Position numbers and translations under genes: made by a program. DNA of 64,000 bases from SAR202 cluster bacterium AC-409-J13_OGT_754m (GTDB lineage Bacteria; Chloroflexota; Dehalococcoidia; Lucifugimonadales; GCA-2712585), in NCBI GenBank assembly GCA_009391235.1, contig VEXD01000001.1:18809-82808 (forward strand). The letters are read 5' to 3'. The notes beneath the pieces are model-generated. The model saw only the letters and a program-made list of their open reading frames with translations. It made no database searches and was not told where the DNA came from. The first letter of the stretch is position 1, and each line of letters begins with the position of its first letter. Positions 1 through 8,741 of the stretch are shown one piece after another.

Positions 1-1019
1 TCACCATTACTATCAATTAGCAAACTAAGTTCAGACTGATCATTAGATTGATCTTTTAAAAATTGAGAAAATAAGAACGCGGCTCCATAATTAGCTTGAG
101 TGTTATCAAGTGTCAAAGGCCAATATACTAATGAAGTCGGCGGAGCTCCTACAAAAGCGTATATACTTTCTTGATCATACCCCATTAAATGAGCGGCGAG
201 CTGAGCCATTCCTTCCTTTAACCACTGGCTAGCCCTGTTATTTATCTCCCAATGCATGGCATGTTGTAATTCATGTGTTAAAACAGACAAATAATCTTCA
301 GTCCCAAAATTAAGATACCTACCATTTATATAAATCATCTTGCGCTCATTACTATGACTGTGGACATATTTTGGATATTCATCTTTAGAAGTATAATACC
401 CCAATCCCCAACCAAACTTTGCATGGAGTATGGTGATTCTTCGATCGCCCATATAACCCTCAGGCCACATAGGGCCAAACACATTCGCTAAAGTAGGATA
501 TATAGCTTCTTCAAAATATGCAGTTACTCTGTTTAGATCTTCAGAAGAATAAGAAACTCCATCCTCAAAATACCAATATGCATTGGGGGAAACAAATTGC
601 AAATCCGCTGAAATGTATCTGCATTTCATCGAATCCAGATCTATCAAGTGGAAAATTTCCGCTTCCTCTCTTAATGACGACCTGTTTGAATTAATCTCTG
701 ACCCTTCACAAACAGCTATAGGTTTTTTTGGTAGTGACCTGCTTAAATCCAACAGATTTCTAGTAGGGGGATTTGGCACAAACATCGAGTTTGGTTTTTC
801 TAGTTGAACATTTAAGGTCGGTTTTTGTTCGCTATCATCTCTTTCATAAGAAATTGACGTAGGATATGCTGATGTTTCCTCCTCCTTCAAACAGCCCGTG
901 CTAAAGAGAAAAATTCCAGCGGACATATATAAACTGAACTTGAACCAGATGATATTCACAACCCGTATCCGGTGAATTAGTTTATGGAGAAGATTAAATA
1001 TGCTTGGTGACTTAAACAT
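1..1019 (-). CDS. Secreted/lipoprotein zinc metallopeptidase, peptidase MA (M1-like gluzincin) family; C-terminal end lies outside the window
   Basis: Absent from the ORF track because it runs off the window edge. Manual minus-strand translation is open from ATG 1019-1017 down to position 1, with a TAA 13 codons upstream of that ATG. N-terminus MFKSPSIFNLLHKLIHRIRVVNIIWFKFSLYMSAGIFLFSTGC looks like a signal peptide ending in a lipobox-like STGC. HELQH (261-275) followed by WLKEGMA matches the HExxH...WLxEGxA gluzincin signature. Confidence 0.7.
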   Translation of the reverse strand, partial: MFKSPSIFNLLHKLIHRIRVVNIIWFKFSLYMSAGIFLFSTGCLKEEETSAYPTSISYERDDSEQKPTLNVQLEKPNSMFVPNPPTRNLLDLSRSLPKKPIAVCEGSEINSNRSSLREEAEIFHLIDLDSMKCRYISADLQFVSPNAYWYFEDGVSYSSEDLNRVTAYFEEAIYPTLANVFGPMWPEGYMGDRRITILHAKFGWGLGYYTSKDEYPKYVHSHSNERKMIYINGRYLNFGTEDYLSVLTHELQHAMHWEINNRASQWLKEGMAQLAAHLMGYDQESIYAFVGAPPTSLVYWPLTLDNTQANYGAAFLFSQFLKDQSNDQSELSLLIDSNG

Positions 1020-1174
1020 AAATAGTTGTTGGCAACAATCCTTCGACTCCTTAATAGAATCTTTAAGAAAATTTTACCTTTGGTAATCCCTACCCCCTTG
1101 CAACTTTTTTCAAATGTTTTAAACTAGTGTATGGCAGACAAAAATATAAATACAATAAAGGAACAACCCTGCCA

Positions 1175-1372
1175 ATGAATAAATCAAGTGAATCAAACAG
1201 GCGAGAACCCATGACGCGACGTGGATTTCTTCGCAACCTAGCCATAAGTTTGCCTGCCGTCATCGGTTTGGCTCTACCTTTAAAAAATATCTTCACATCT
1301 CTGAAAGACCAAAGCGGGCTCCGGAGTAAATTATCTAAAAACTCAATGTTTCGTCCCAGAGATAACGCGTAA
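1175..1372 (+). CDS. Small twin-arginine (Tat) signal-only protein of about 53-65 aa, function unknown
   Basis: Lies within track ORF 1127-1372. Candidate ATG starts at 1175 and 1211 (GGCGAG 5 nt upstream of 1211). MTRRGFLRNLAISLPAVIGLALPL is a canonical S/T-R-R-x-F-L Tat motif plus a hydrophobic region. No AxA cleavage site or recognisable mature domain. Confidence 0.4.
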   Translation: MNKSSESNRREPMTRRGFLRNLAISLPAVIGLALPLKNIFTSLKDQSGLRSKLSKNSMFRPRDNA

Positions 1373-1511
1373 ACCATATCCTCAGTCACTATTTAAGAAA
1401 ATTCAAATCGTTTTGGGAAACTTATTATACCTTAGAAGGTTAACCTCACGAGATTTCTACGTGCGTTGTTAGTTAAATAGGCACCAGTACAAGACTATAG
1501 ATTATAAGTAA

Positions 1512-2255
1512 TTAATCCTTCCAAAATCGCTCTTCTTTAACCTTAAACCCATTAGAATGTGCTAGTTCCTTCACGGAATTTATCATTCCAGGATGTCCAC
1601 ATGTATATACCAGAGTAGATTCAGGGTTCAGGTCTATATCTTCAATATACCTTTCAACAATGTTATTAACCCTTCCAACATGACCATTCCAAGATATATT
1701 GCGTGATTCACTCGGACGACTCACAGTAGGGACATAAAACAGTGAATCAGGATGAACACTTACCATATTCACCATTTCCGTGTTATAAACAAATTCATCC
1801 ATATAGCTAGCCCCTTGTAAAACATGGAATTTATCTCCAGTCTTATCTGAATAAAAGTAATCTCTTAATATACTTATATAGGGAGCTATACCAGTAACAG
1901 TTGAAATCATCAAATGGGAGGAGTATTTTTTGTCTAGTGTAAAAATCCCCTTACATTTGGGACGCAAGGTTAGTTGAGACCCCAAATTCAGCGTAGCTAG
2001 TAACGGAGTCAACACACCTTCAGATTCCGGGAGAACTTCAACAAATAATTCGAGGTCACATTCATGAGGAGCTGAAACTATAGAATATGCTCTTTCGACC
2101 CCCTTATAGCCTACAGTGCAGTATTGACCAGGTTTAAATCTAATAGGAATATCTGGTCTAATTTTAATAGTAACCAGACCATCGGTCACCTGTTCTCTAT
2201 TGACTAACGATGCGGTAATCAATTTAGGTTGATTTACTATAACTCCCCCTTTCAA
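1512..2255 (-). CDS. fpr: Ferredoxin/flavodoxin-NADP+ reductase, bacterial Fpr type
   Basis: 247 aa. RAYSIVS (RxYS FAD motif), VTGIAPYISIL (NAD(P)-binding GxGxxP-like), CGHPGM, and an aromatic-containing C-terminus EERFWKD. Size is typical of the Fpr subclass. Confidence 0.8.
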   Translation of the reverse strand: MKGGVIVNQPKLITASLVNREQVTDGLVTIKIRPDIPIRFKPGQYCTVGYKGVERAYSIVSAPHECDLELFVEVLPESEGVLTPLLATLNLGSQLTLRPKCKGIFTLDKKYSSHLMISTVTGIAPYISILRDYFYSDKTGDKFHVLQGASYMDEFVYNTEMVNMVSVHPDSLFYVPTVSRPSESRNISWNGHVGRVNNIVERYIEDIDLNPESTLVYTCGHPGMINSVKELAHSNGFKVKEERFWKD

Positions 2256-2287
2256 CAGCAGACGAAATCATAAATTAACCAATACGG

Positions 2288-3319
2288 TTATGATTTAACT
2301 AAGCGAGCCGGCACTACTGCCAATCCTTTTACTTGTCGCATAGGGTCTGGATCAGTATTGGATTCCACTTCTACCATCAATTGGCCAAAAAGGAAAGTAC
2401 TAGATATTATGCCCCTCTGAATACCTTCTCTAAACCTAGCTTGTCCGCGAACCGTCGCCCCAGCCAATTGAACTTCCACATCATCTCCCTCCACGATTCT
2501 GAGCATCTCTGCGTCTTTGTAATGAATCTCTATTATTTCTTGTCTATCTATACGATTATTCTTCCCTCTAATAACGTTGACTTCCCGGTCGGGCTGCAGT
2601 AATACCCGCCCAGGTACGAAGATAAAGTTATAATCTGAGGAATCCAAAATGCTAATCCGCTGGAAGTTGGATGCAATTATCTTAAACCGTTGATTTGGAG
2701 ATCCTTCTGAATACAAAATTGGACTATCCTTAGCAGAATCACTAGTGCAAGGCCAGTGTAGGCCATTATAGATCTTATCAGAATACAACATCTGAGTTGG
2801 CATTGGACCTGAAAAGTCTGGAGTGAAAATTAGACGCCCTTCTTTCTCTAACCTAGAGTATGACACCCCTCCATAAATCGACATTAACTGTGACATTTCT
2901 TGCATAATTTCATCAGGTGACTCAAAGTCAAATCCATAAGCTCCCATTGTCCTTGCAATCTCCGAAATTGCCCACCCTTCAGATTTCGCATGGGTATTAT
3001 TGGGGCTAATTGCTGGCCGCAAAACCTGAATCCTTCGTTCAATATTTGTATAAGTCCCTAATTTCTCGCTGAACGCTAATCTCGGTAAGATCACATCTGC
3101 CTTCTCTGCTAACGGCGTCATGAACATATCTTGCACTACCAAGAATTCCAGAGAGTCCAAGGCTTTCATAGGATCATCCAAGTCATCATTAATCGAATTA
3201 GCATTGTCTCCAACGATATACATTGCTTTAACAGATTGAGATGAGTCAGAACTTAATAGTTCCACTAATCCCAGTCCTTTCTCAGAAGGTACAGCACTAC
3301 CCCATTCCTTTGACACCAA
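2288..3319 (-). CDS. FdsA/NuoG-like molybdopterin oxidoreductase, C-terminal fragment (downstream of an in-frame TAA)
   Basis: 343 aa from TTG 3319. Same reading frame as 3398-5110. Between TAA 3400-3398 and this start lie 26 sense codons (QGAWDVGCVPHLLPGYIEISDSHGRD). Contains the C-terminal molybdopterin-dinucleotide-binding barrel (IHYKDAEMLRIVEGDDVEVQLAGATVRGQARF). Confidence 0.75.
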   Translation of the reverse strand: MVSKEWGSAVPSEKGLGLVELLSSDSSQSVKAMYIVGDNANSINDDLDDPMKALDSLEFLVVQDMFMTPLAEKADVILPRLAFSEKLGTYTNIERRIQVLRPAISPNNTHAKSEGWAISEIARTMGAYGFDFESPDEIMQEMSQLMSIYGGVSYSRLEKEGRLIFTPDFSGPMPTQMLYSDKIYNGLHWPCTSDSAKDSPILYSEGSPNQRFKIIASNFQRISILDSSDYNFIFVPGRVLLQPDREVNVIRGKNNRIDRQEIIEIHYKDAEMLRIVEGDDVEVQLAGATVRGQARFREGIQRGIISSTFLFGQLMVEVESNTDPDPMRQVKGLAVVPARLVKS

Positions 3320-3397
3320 ATCCCTACCATGAGAATCACTAATCTCAATGTACCCAGGAAGTAAATGTGGAACACATCCAACATCCCAAGCACCTTG

Positions 3398-5110
3398 TTA
3401 GTTAGCCCTACGAAGCATAGGATATATTCCGGAGGAAGGTCTACCTAAGTTGCCTGTCAGTAAAGCTAACCCAGCAAGAGAATAAACACATTCTTCTCGA
3501 AGTTCTTTAGGAATTGTATCCAAACCATACACAATTGATGCCAGATCAGATAGTCCATAAATACTAGCAGTGTTCTCAATTAGTTCTAAAGGGACTCCAG
3601 TTTCTTGAATCACATCTTGAAAATCCAAAGCTTCTAGTTTTTTTCGTAATCCTTCAAGTCCATCACAATTATCATTTATCCATTCCCGTCGTTCGAACCC
3701 TTGAATCACAATTTGCTTCATGATTGCAGCTAAAACCAAATTTTCAGTCCCCGGTTTCGGACGTAGCCATACGTCAGCATAACGAGTTAATTCTACCTCT
3801 CTAGGATCTATAACTATCAATTTTGATCCTGACTTAACTGCCTTTTTTATAGGCACACCTATGACATTCTGCTCTTCAGTCAAATTTGTGCTAAAGGCAA
3901 GAATAACTTTAGAACCTTCCAGGTCCCAAATGGGATTGGTCCCAGACCGATAACCCAAGCTAAATCCCAAAGCATCCATTAATTCAGGCTTAGTATTAGC
4001 AGTCTGGTCTATATTATTGGTCTTCATAACCACTCGAGTGAATTTCTGAGCCAAGTAGTTATCTTCGTTAGTTCCATCACCAGCAGTAAGAAAAGCGAAA
4101 TTGTTTTGCTGATATTGTTTGAATGTTTCTGCGATCAAACCGATAGCTTCTTCCCAGCTAGCTTCCTCTAAGTCACCATTTCGCCTAATAAGTGGTTTTG
4201 TTAGTCGTTCTTCACGATTAACAAAATCTAGACCGAATTTCCCTTTAAAACATGCCTGACCCTTATTAACAGGAGAATTAATCTCAGGAACCACTCTAAT
4301 AACCTTGCCAAACCGATTTATTTCAAGGTTCATTTGACACCCCACTGGACACTGAGGACAAATGCTCCGTTCAACTTGTTTGGGTTTTTCCCATTTGTGG
4401 TCACTTTCTACTAATGCTCCGACTGGACAAACATCTAAACAAGCTCCACAAAATTCACAACCTGACTCAAGTAGGGACGTCCCATTCGAAGTCCCTATTA
4501 ATGTCTGACCAGCTCGTTCAATAAACGTTATCGCGTTATCTCCCCTAAGTTCCTCACACGCTCTAACACATCTGCCACAGACAATACAGAGGTTATAGTC
4601 TCGATCGTAAAACGGATCTCCTATCTCTACTTGCAACCCTCGATACTTGTATTCAAGAGGGGATTCCAAATCCATCCCAAGATATCTAACTGTATCTTTC
4701 AATTCACAACGTTCGTTCTTAGGACAAGTAACACAACGATCATTAACTGACACATGTCTTAAACAAATATCGCTAGGCCCACACAAATCAACCCTATGAC
4801 ATGTAAGACAGCCATGTGGGTGTTCCGCTAATAGCATCTCCATAATACCTCGTCTCAATTCATAAATCTGACTGGACGAGTTACTAACTACCATGCCCTC
4901 AGACACTGGTAATGTACAGGATGCAGGGTTACCACGACCCCCTTCAACATTAACAACACACATTCTGCATGCTGCAAATGGTTTCATTCCTTGATGATAA
5001 CAAAGATACGGTATATAAATACCCGCATCTATTGCAGCCTCTAATACAGTTTTACCTACAGTGGTCCTAACTTCAATATCATCAATGTAAATAGTTACTT
5101 CTTTAGCCAT
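3398..5110 (-). CDS. FdsA/NuoG-like Fe-S molybdopterin oxidoreductase (NAD-dependent formate dehydrogenase alpha-like), N-terminal fragment ending at an in-frame TAA
   Basis: 570 aa. Domain order: 2Fe-2S ferredoxin-like domain (CYHQGMKPFAACRMC), HPHGCLTCH cluster, two ferredoxin-type 4Fe-4S motifs (CIVCGRCVRAC, CEFCGACLDVCP), bis-MGD-type 4Fe-4S (CPQCPVGC), then the molybdopterin domain. Stops inside the conserved N-x-QGAxDxG block. Where FdhF/FdsA have NN(V/I)DxCARx(C/U)H, this protein reads NNIDQTANTKP. Confidence 0.8.
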   Translation of the reverse strand: MAKEVTIYIDDIEVRTTVGKTVLEAAIDAGIYIPYLCYHQGMKPFAACRMCVVNVEGGRGNPASCTLPVSEGMVVSNSSSQIYELRRGIMEMLLAEHPHGCLTCHRVDLCGPSDICLRHVSVNDRCVTCPKNERCELKDTVRYLGMDLESPLEYKYRGLQVEIGDPFYDRDYNLCIVCGRCVRACEELRGDNAITFIERAGQTLIGTSNGTSLLESGCEFCGACLDVCPVGALVESDHKWEKPKQVERSICPQCPVGCQMNLEINRFGKVIRVVPEINSPVNKGQACFKGKFGLDFVNREERLTKPLIRRNGDLEEASWEEAIGLIAETFKQYQQNNFAFLTAGDGTNEDNYLAQKFTRVVMKTNNIDQTANTKPELMDALGFSLGYRSGTNPIWDLEGSKVILAFSTNLTEEQNVIGVPIKKAVKSGSKLIVIDPREVELTRYADVWLRPKPGTENLVLAAIMKQIVIQGFERREWINDNCDGLEGLRKKLEALDFQDVIQETGVPLELIENTASIYGLSDLASIVYGLDTIPKELREECVYSLAGLALLTGNLGRPSSGIYPMLRRAN

Positions 5111-5117
5111 AAGTTAC

Positions 5118-6854
5118 CTACCTCCGCGTTCTCGCAGGAGTGTACCATGTTTCATAACAATCACCAGTAGCACAAGTCTTATCTCGTATATGCTGATCAA
5201 ATTCTTCAGGAAAATACCTAAAAGCAGATGACACAGGGTTAAATCCTAATTGTCCATGACCACATAGAGAACCGGCTTGCATATTATTACCAACCTTACT
5301 CAACAAATCGAGGTCATCATCCTTGCCGTTGAATTTGCATATCCGTTCCAATATTTCCAATAAATGACTCATACCAGTCCTACATGGAAAACATTTCCCG
5401 CAAGACTCATATTGACAAAATGCAATTATATTTCTAGTCAAATTCACTACACAAACAGAATTAGACGCAGCTATTATCCCACCTGATCCTAAAATAGCCC
5501 CAGCCTTAGCCATAGACTCAAAATCTAAAGCAATGTCCAATTCCTTACCACTCAACACACCACCAAGTGGACCTCCTGTTTGCAACAATTTCACTTCCCC
5601 TCCACCAGGTACACCTCCTGATGTTTCATATATAACTTTTTCTAAGGAGGTTCCTAAAGGTACTTCAATCATTCCGGTATAAACCAAGTCTCCAGATAAA
5701 CAAATTATTGCGGTTCCTTTACTACCATCAGTGCCAATATTCGCAAACCAATCCGAACCATTAAGAATTATCTGAGGAACATACGAAAGTGTCTTAACAT
5801 TATTAATATTGCTTGGTTTGCCAAAAAGGCCCACTTGGGCGGGAAAAGGCGGACGATATCGTGGCATAGCTCTTTTGCCTTCCATGGATTCCATAAGAGC
5901 GGTCTCTTCTCCAGCCACATATGAATCCCCTGTAAGAGATACTTCCACGTCAAAATCAAAGTTAGAGTTAAATATATTCTTGCCAAGAATGCCTAGCTCT
6001 CTGGCTTGATAGATAGCGTTCCAAATTCTATCAATAGGCCCTGAATGCCCCTGGCGTATAAATACATACCCCATAGTAGCTCCAGTGGCATATCCTGCCA
6101 ATATGGTTCCTTCAAGGAGACTATGAGGGTCGCTCTCAAGAATCCCTTTGTCGTTAAATGCTCCAGGGTCGCCTTCCTCACAGTTAACTAATATGTATTT
6201 AACGGGTGCATCAGAATTAGCGAGAAAGCTCCACTTTGTACCAGTGGAGAAAGCAGCTCCTCCGCGCCCTCTCAAACCCGAACTGCTAACTTCATCCAAC
6301 ACTTCCTTTGACGACATCGAGGTTAAAGCTTTATGTAAACCTTTATACCCCTCATTTGCGATATAGTCATTTATCTCCCCTGGGTCCACGTTGCCTACGT
6401 TGCGTAAGGCAATACGAATTTGATTTTTCATCATGGGGTGATTCATTAAACCAGGCAACTTACTCGATTCATCATCTCCCAGTACCCCTAGAGCAAGGTT
6501 CCCTATGGGTCTTTCTTTAACCAAATGCTCCTCAACAATCTGAGATACCATATCTGTGTCTACCGGACCGTATATTGTTCTAGGCATGCCAGGAGCTATA
6601 ATATCCAACATAGGCTCCGCAAAACACATTCCTAAGCAGCCCACTTTACTAATAACTGCCTCTATTCCTTTAGCATTAACCTGTGTCTTAAGCTCTTCCA
6701 AAACCTCCTTGGAACCAGCAGCCTCGCCACATAAAGCAGAACCAACACGAATCCAAGGCTTGCTACCATTCACCAATGTTTCCCAACGCGCATCAGCATT
6801 AACTTTTAGAATTTCAAAGTTATCAATCATTTTTATGCTCATGTCCCATATCAT
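5118..6854 (-). CDS. nuoF: NADH dehydrogenase flavoprotein subunit, NuoF/FdsB/HoxF-like, with an N-terminal thioredoxin-like 2Fe-2S extension
   Basis: 578 aa. GLRGRGGAAFSTGTKW (FMN/NADH site), EGDPGAF, ESCGKCFPCRTG (4Fe-4S). N-terminal CGEA...GCLGMC domain. Start is ambiguous (ATG at 6854, 6842 or 6830) and overlaps the nuoE stop. Confidence 0.85.
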   Translation of the reverse strand: MIWDMSIKMIDNFEILKVNADARWETLVNGSKPWIRVGSALCGEAAGSKEVLEELKTQVNAKGIEAVISKVGCLGMCFAEPMLDIIAPGMPRTIYGPVDTDMVSQIVEEHLVKERPIGNLALGVLGDDESSKLPGLMNHPMMKNQIRIALRNVGNVDPGEINDYIANEGYKGLHKALTSMSSKEVLDEVSSSGLRGRGGAAFSTGTKWSFLANSDAPVKYILVNCEEGDPGAFNDKGILESDPHSLLEGTILAGYATGATMGYVFIRQGHSGPIDRIWNAIYQARELGILGKNIFNSNFDFDVEVSLTGDSYVAGEETALMESMEGKRAMPRYRPPFPAQVGLFGKPSNINNVKTLSYVPQIILNGSDWFANIGTDGSKGTAIICLSGDLVYTGMIEVPLGTSLEKVIYETSGGVPGGGEVKLLQTGGPLGGVLSGKELDIALDFESMAKAGAILGSGGIIAASNSVCVVNLTRNIIAFCQYESCGKCFPCRTGMSHLLEILERICKFNGKDDDLDLLSKVGNNMQAGSLCGHGQLGFNPVSSAFRYFPEEFDQHIRDKTCATGDCYETWYTPARTRR

Positions 6855-7323
6855 ATTTAATATTCTTGACTATATCTACAGCTCGATTAACAGTCATCCT
6901 ACCAATAAGCTTATGGTCTACGGCAATGACCGGACCATTTGAACAAGCACCTAAACATGTACTAAATCTCAGATCGATTTCTTGATTTTGAGTTGAATTA
7001 CCTTCAACTGTCCCTAGTTCTCTTAATAAGGAATTCATCATCTTGCTTGCGCCCAAAACGTGACAAGCAGGACCCCAACATATTTCGATTCTAGACTTGG
7101 CTGGAGGCTCAAACTGGAAATTGGGATAGAATGTGGCCACACCCCACACATCATTAACGGTGGTGGAAGTGAACTGGGCAATATCTTTTATAGCAACCTC
7201 AGGTATATAACCCAATTCTTCCTCAACTTTCAGAAGACACGAGAGAACTGTAATAGTTTTCTGCTTCTGGGAATTGAGAGCTTTACCAACAAGCTTCGTA
7301 AGACTCTCTTTATTAGGGGGCAC
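6823..7323 (-). CDS. nuoE: NuoE/FdsG-like thioredoxin-fold 2Fe-2S subunit
   Basis: 166 aa. CWGPACHV ... CLGACSNGPV is the four-Cys pattern of the 24-kDa/NuoE family. First gene of the nuoE-nuoF-fdsA-like-fpr array. Confidence 0.85.
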   Translation of the reverse strand: MPPNKESLTKLVGKALNSQKQKTITVLSCLLKVEEELGYIPEVAIKDIAQFTSTTVNDVWGVATFYPNFQFEPPAKSRIEICWGPACHVLGASKMMNSLLRELGTVEGNSTQNQEIDLRFSTCLGACSNGPVIAVDHKLIGRMTVNRAVDIVKNIKYDMGHEHKND

Positions 7324-7416
7324 TCAGCCTCCGATCGTAGGTAAATTTTCCAATTATTGCCATATGAATGTTAGCATAGCGGATTACAACGTTCAAATAA
7401 GATAATTAGCTTTATA

Positions 7417-8736
7417 TTAAGCATAGTCTCCCATAACCATTCTCGCCACCTGACGCCCTAATCTCACACTATAATTGGTCCCTCTGTCCTCAGGATATAT
7501 TTGGGTTGTATTTGCGAGATATAAGTTAGGTATTGGAGTACGTATATCAGGAATTCTATTGGAATAGTTAACTCCTATAATAGGTTGGGCTGCATCCACT
7601 CTATGGTGATGATATTCTTTAACCCAATCTCTACTAAATTCAGGGTTGATACGAGTTAAATAAGGCAAATATTTCTCAAGTAATTCCTCAGGGGACATTA
7701 AATAAAGAGGATCATCCGTAGTAGGGTAATTAGTCAAATAAACTATGTGCTTCCCACCATATAACGATGGATCAATAAAATTAGTATGTTCTATCAGACC
7801 GACAAACGGCACAGATCTGTCAGCAATATTTAGCCAGTATTTTTTGGTTAATGGCCTATCCAATACCAGTATAAGAACTAGAGCAGAAAGATAGGTTACG
7901 CTATCTAGTTTAGCCTTGTACGGTTCTGGCAAAAAGGGAGCAATTTTAGTAAAAACATAAGATGGGGTAGTTGAAATGATAGCGTCGAAAAAGTTTATCC
8001 CATTTGTTCCACTTAAATCTTCATAAGCTAATCCAGTCGCCCTCCCACCTTCCAATGTGATTTTGTTGATAGTAGAGTTAAGATGCACCTGACCACCCAT
8101 ATCACCTATTTTGGACTCTAATCGTTCGAATATTTCGTCAAAACTACCTATCGGATAACCTAATTTTTCTTTATCCCAAATACGCTCTCGAGAGGCAACT
8201 CTCAAGTATATTTTGCCCCAAAGCCAAGTCATGCAAACCTGATCATAGTACTTTCCAAATTTCCCCTTGAGCATCGGTTCCCAAACAACTCTATATGGCT
8301 TACTTCCTACATGTTTCTCCAACCATTCTCGAGCAGTTACTCCTTCCCATTTTTTCCAATTGCTAGATTTTTGCAAATAAAGCGTTACCAAACCAAGTCT
8401 AACTCTATCAAGCAATCCTAAAGGTTTAAAAGATAATAAATCCTTCGGAGATGCAAAGTCCCAAATCTTATCGCCATGAAAAATACCTACCTTTGATTCA
8501 ATCCATTTGAGTTGATGCCCTAATCCTATATCTTGGATTAAACCAATGATATCTTTGTCACTGCGAAAAAGATGATGATATCCTTTTTCCAGCCTACCGC
8601 CCCCGACCTCAAACGTAGAAGCCTGTCCTCCCAAAAAAGGAGATCTTTCAAAAACTTTTACCTTATGGCCCTTTAGTCCCAGCTCATAAGCAGCAGATAA
8701 ACCTAAAGCTCCAGCACCTATAATGCCTATGTTCAT
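7417..8736 (-). CDS. NAD(P)/FAD-dependent oxidoreductase (amine-oxidase/CrtI/HemY-like fold), substrate unknown
   Basis: 439 aa. N-terminal IGIIGAGALGLSAAYEL...KVFER...LGGQ dinucleotide-binding motif. Only 5 bp from the upstream flippase-like gene. Confidence 0.75.
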   Translation of the reverse strand: MNIGIIGAGALGLSAAYELGLKGHKVKVFERSPFLGGQASTFEVGGGRLEKGYHHLFRSDKDIIGLIQDIGLGHQLKWIESKVGIFHGDKIWDFASPKDLLSFKPLGLLDRVRLGLVTLYLQKSSNWKKWEGVTAREWLEKHVGSKPYRVVWEPMLKGKFGKYYDQVCMTWLWGKIYLRVASRERIWDKEKLGYPIGSFDEIFERLESKIGDMGGQVHLNSTINKITLEGGRATGLAYEDLSGTNGINFFDAIISTTPSYVFTKIAPFLPEPYKAKLDSVTYLSALVLILVLDRPLTKKYWLNIADRSVPFVGLIEHTNFIDPSLYGGKHIVYLTNYPTTDDPLYLMSPEELLEKYLPYLTRINPEFSRDWVKEYHHHRVDAAQPIIGVNYSNRIPDIRTPIPNLYLANTTQIYPEDRGTNYSVRLGRQVARMVMGDYA

Positions 8737-8741
8737 TTGGT

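Noticed and set aside
1090-1389. 99-aa minus-strand ORF overlapping the Tat-signal ORF
   Set aside because: It has no recognisable motif and its composition looks like the antisense shadow of the + strand ORF. The + strand carries an unmistakable twin-arginine signal.
3398-3400. Could the in-frame stop in the FDH-like gene be selenocysteine or pyrrolysine, as in many formate dehydrogenases?
   Set aside because: The codon is TAA, not TGA or TAG. It also lies in the NNVQGA block, far from the Cys/Sec active-site column, which here reads QTANTKP.
5768-6942. Six small ORFs (5768-5986, 5809-6009, 5993-6181, 6148-6366, 6308-6520, 6556-6942) inside nuoF
   Set aside because: All are alternative-frame or antisense shadows of a strongly supported NuoF CDS. 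None has a motif.
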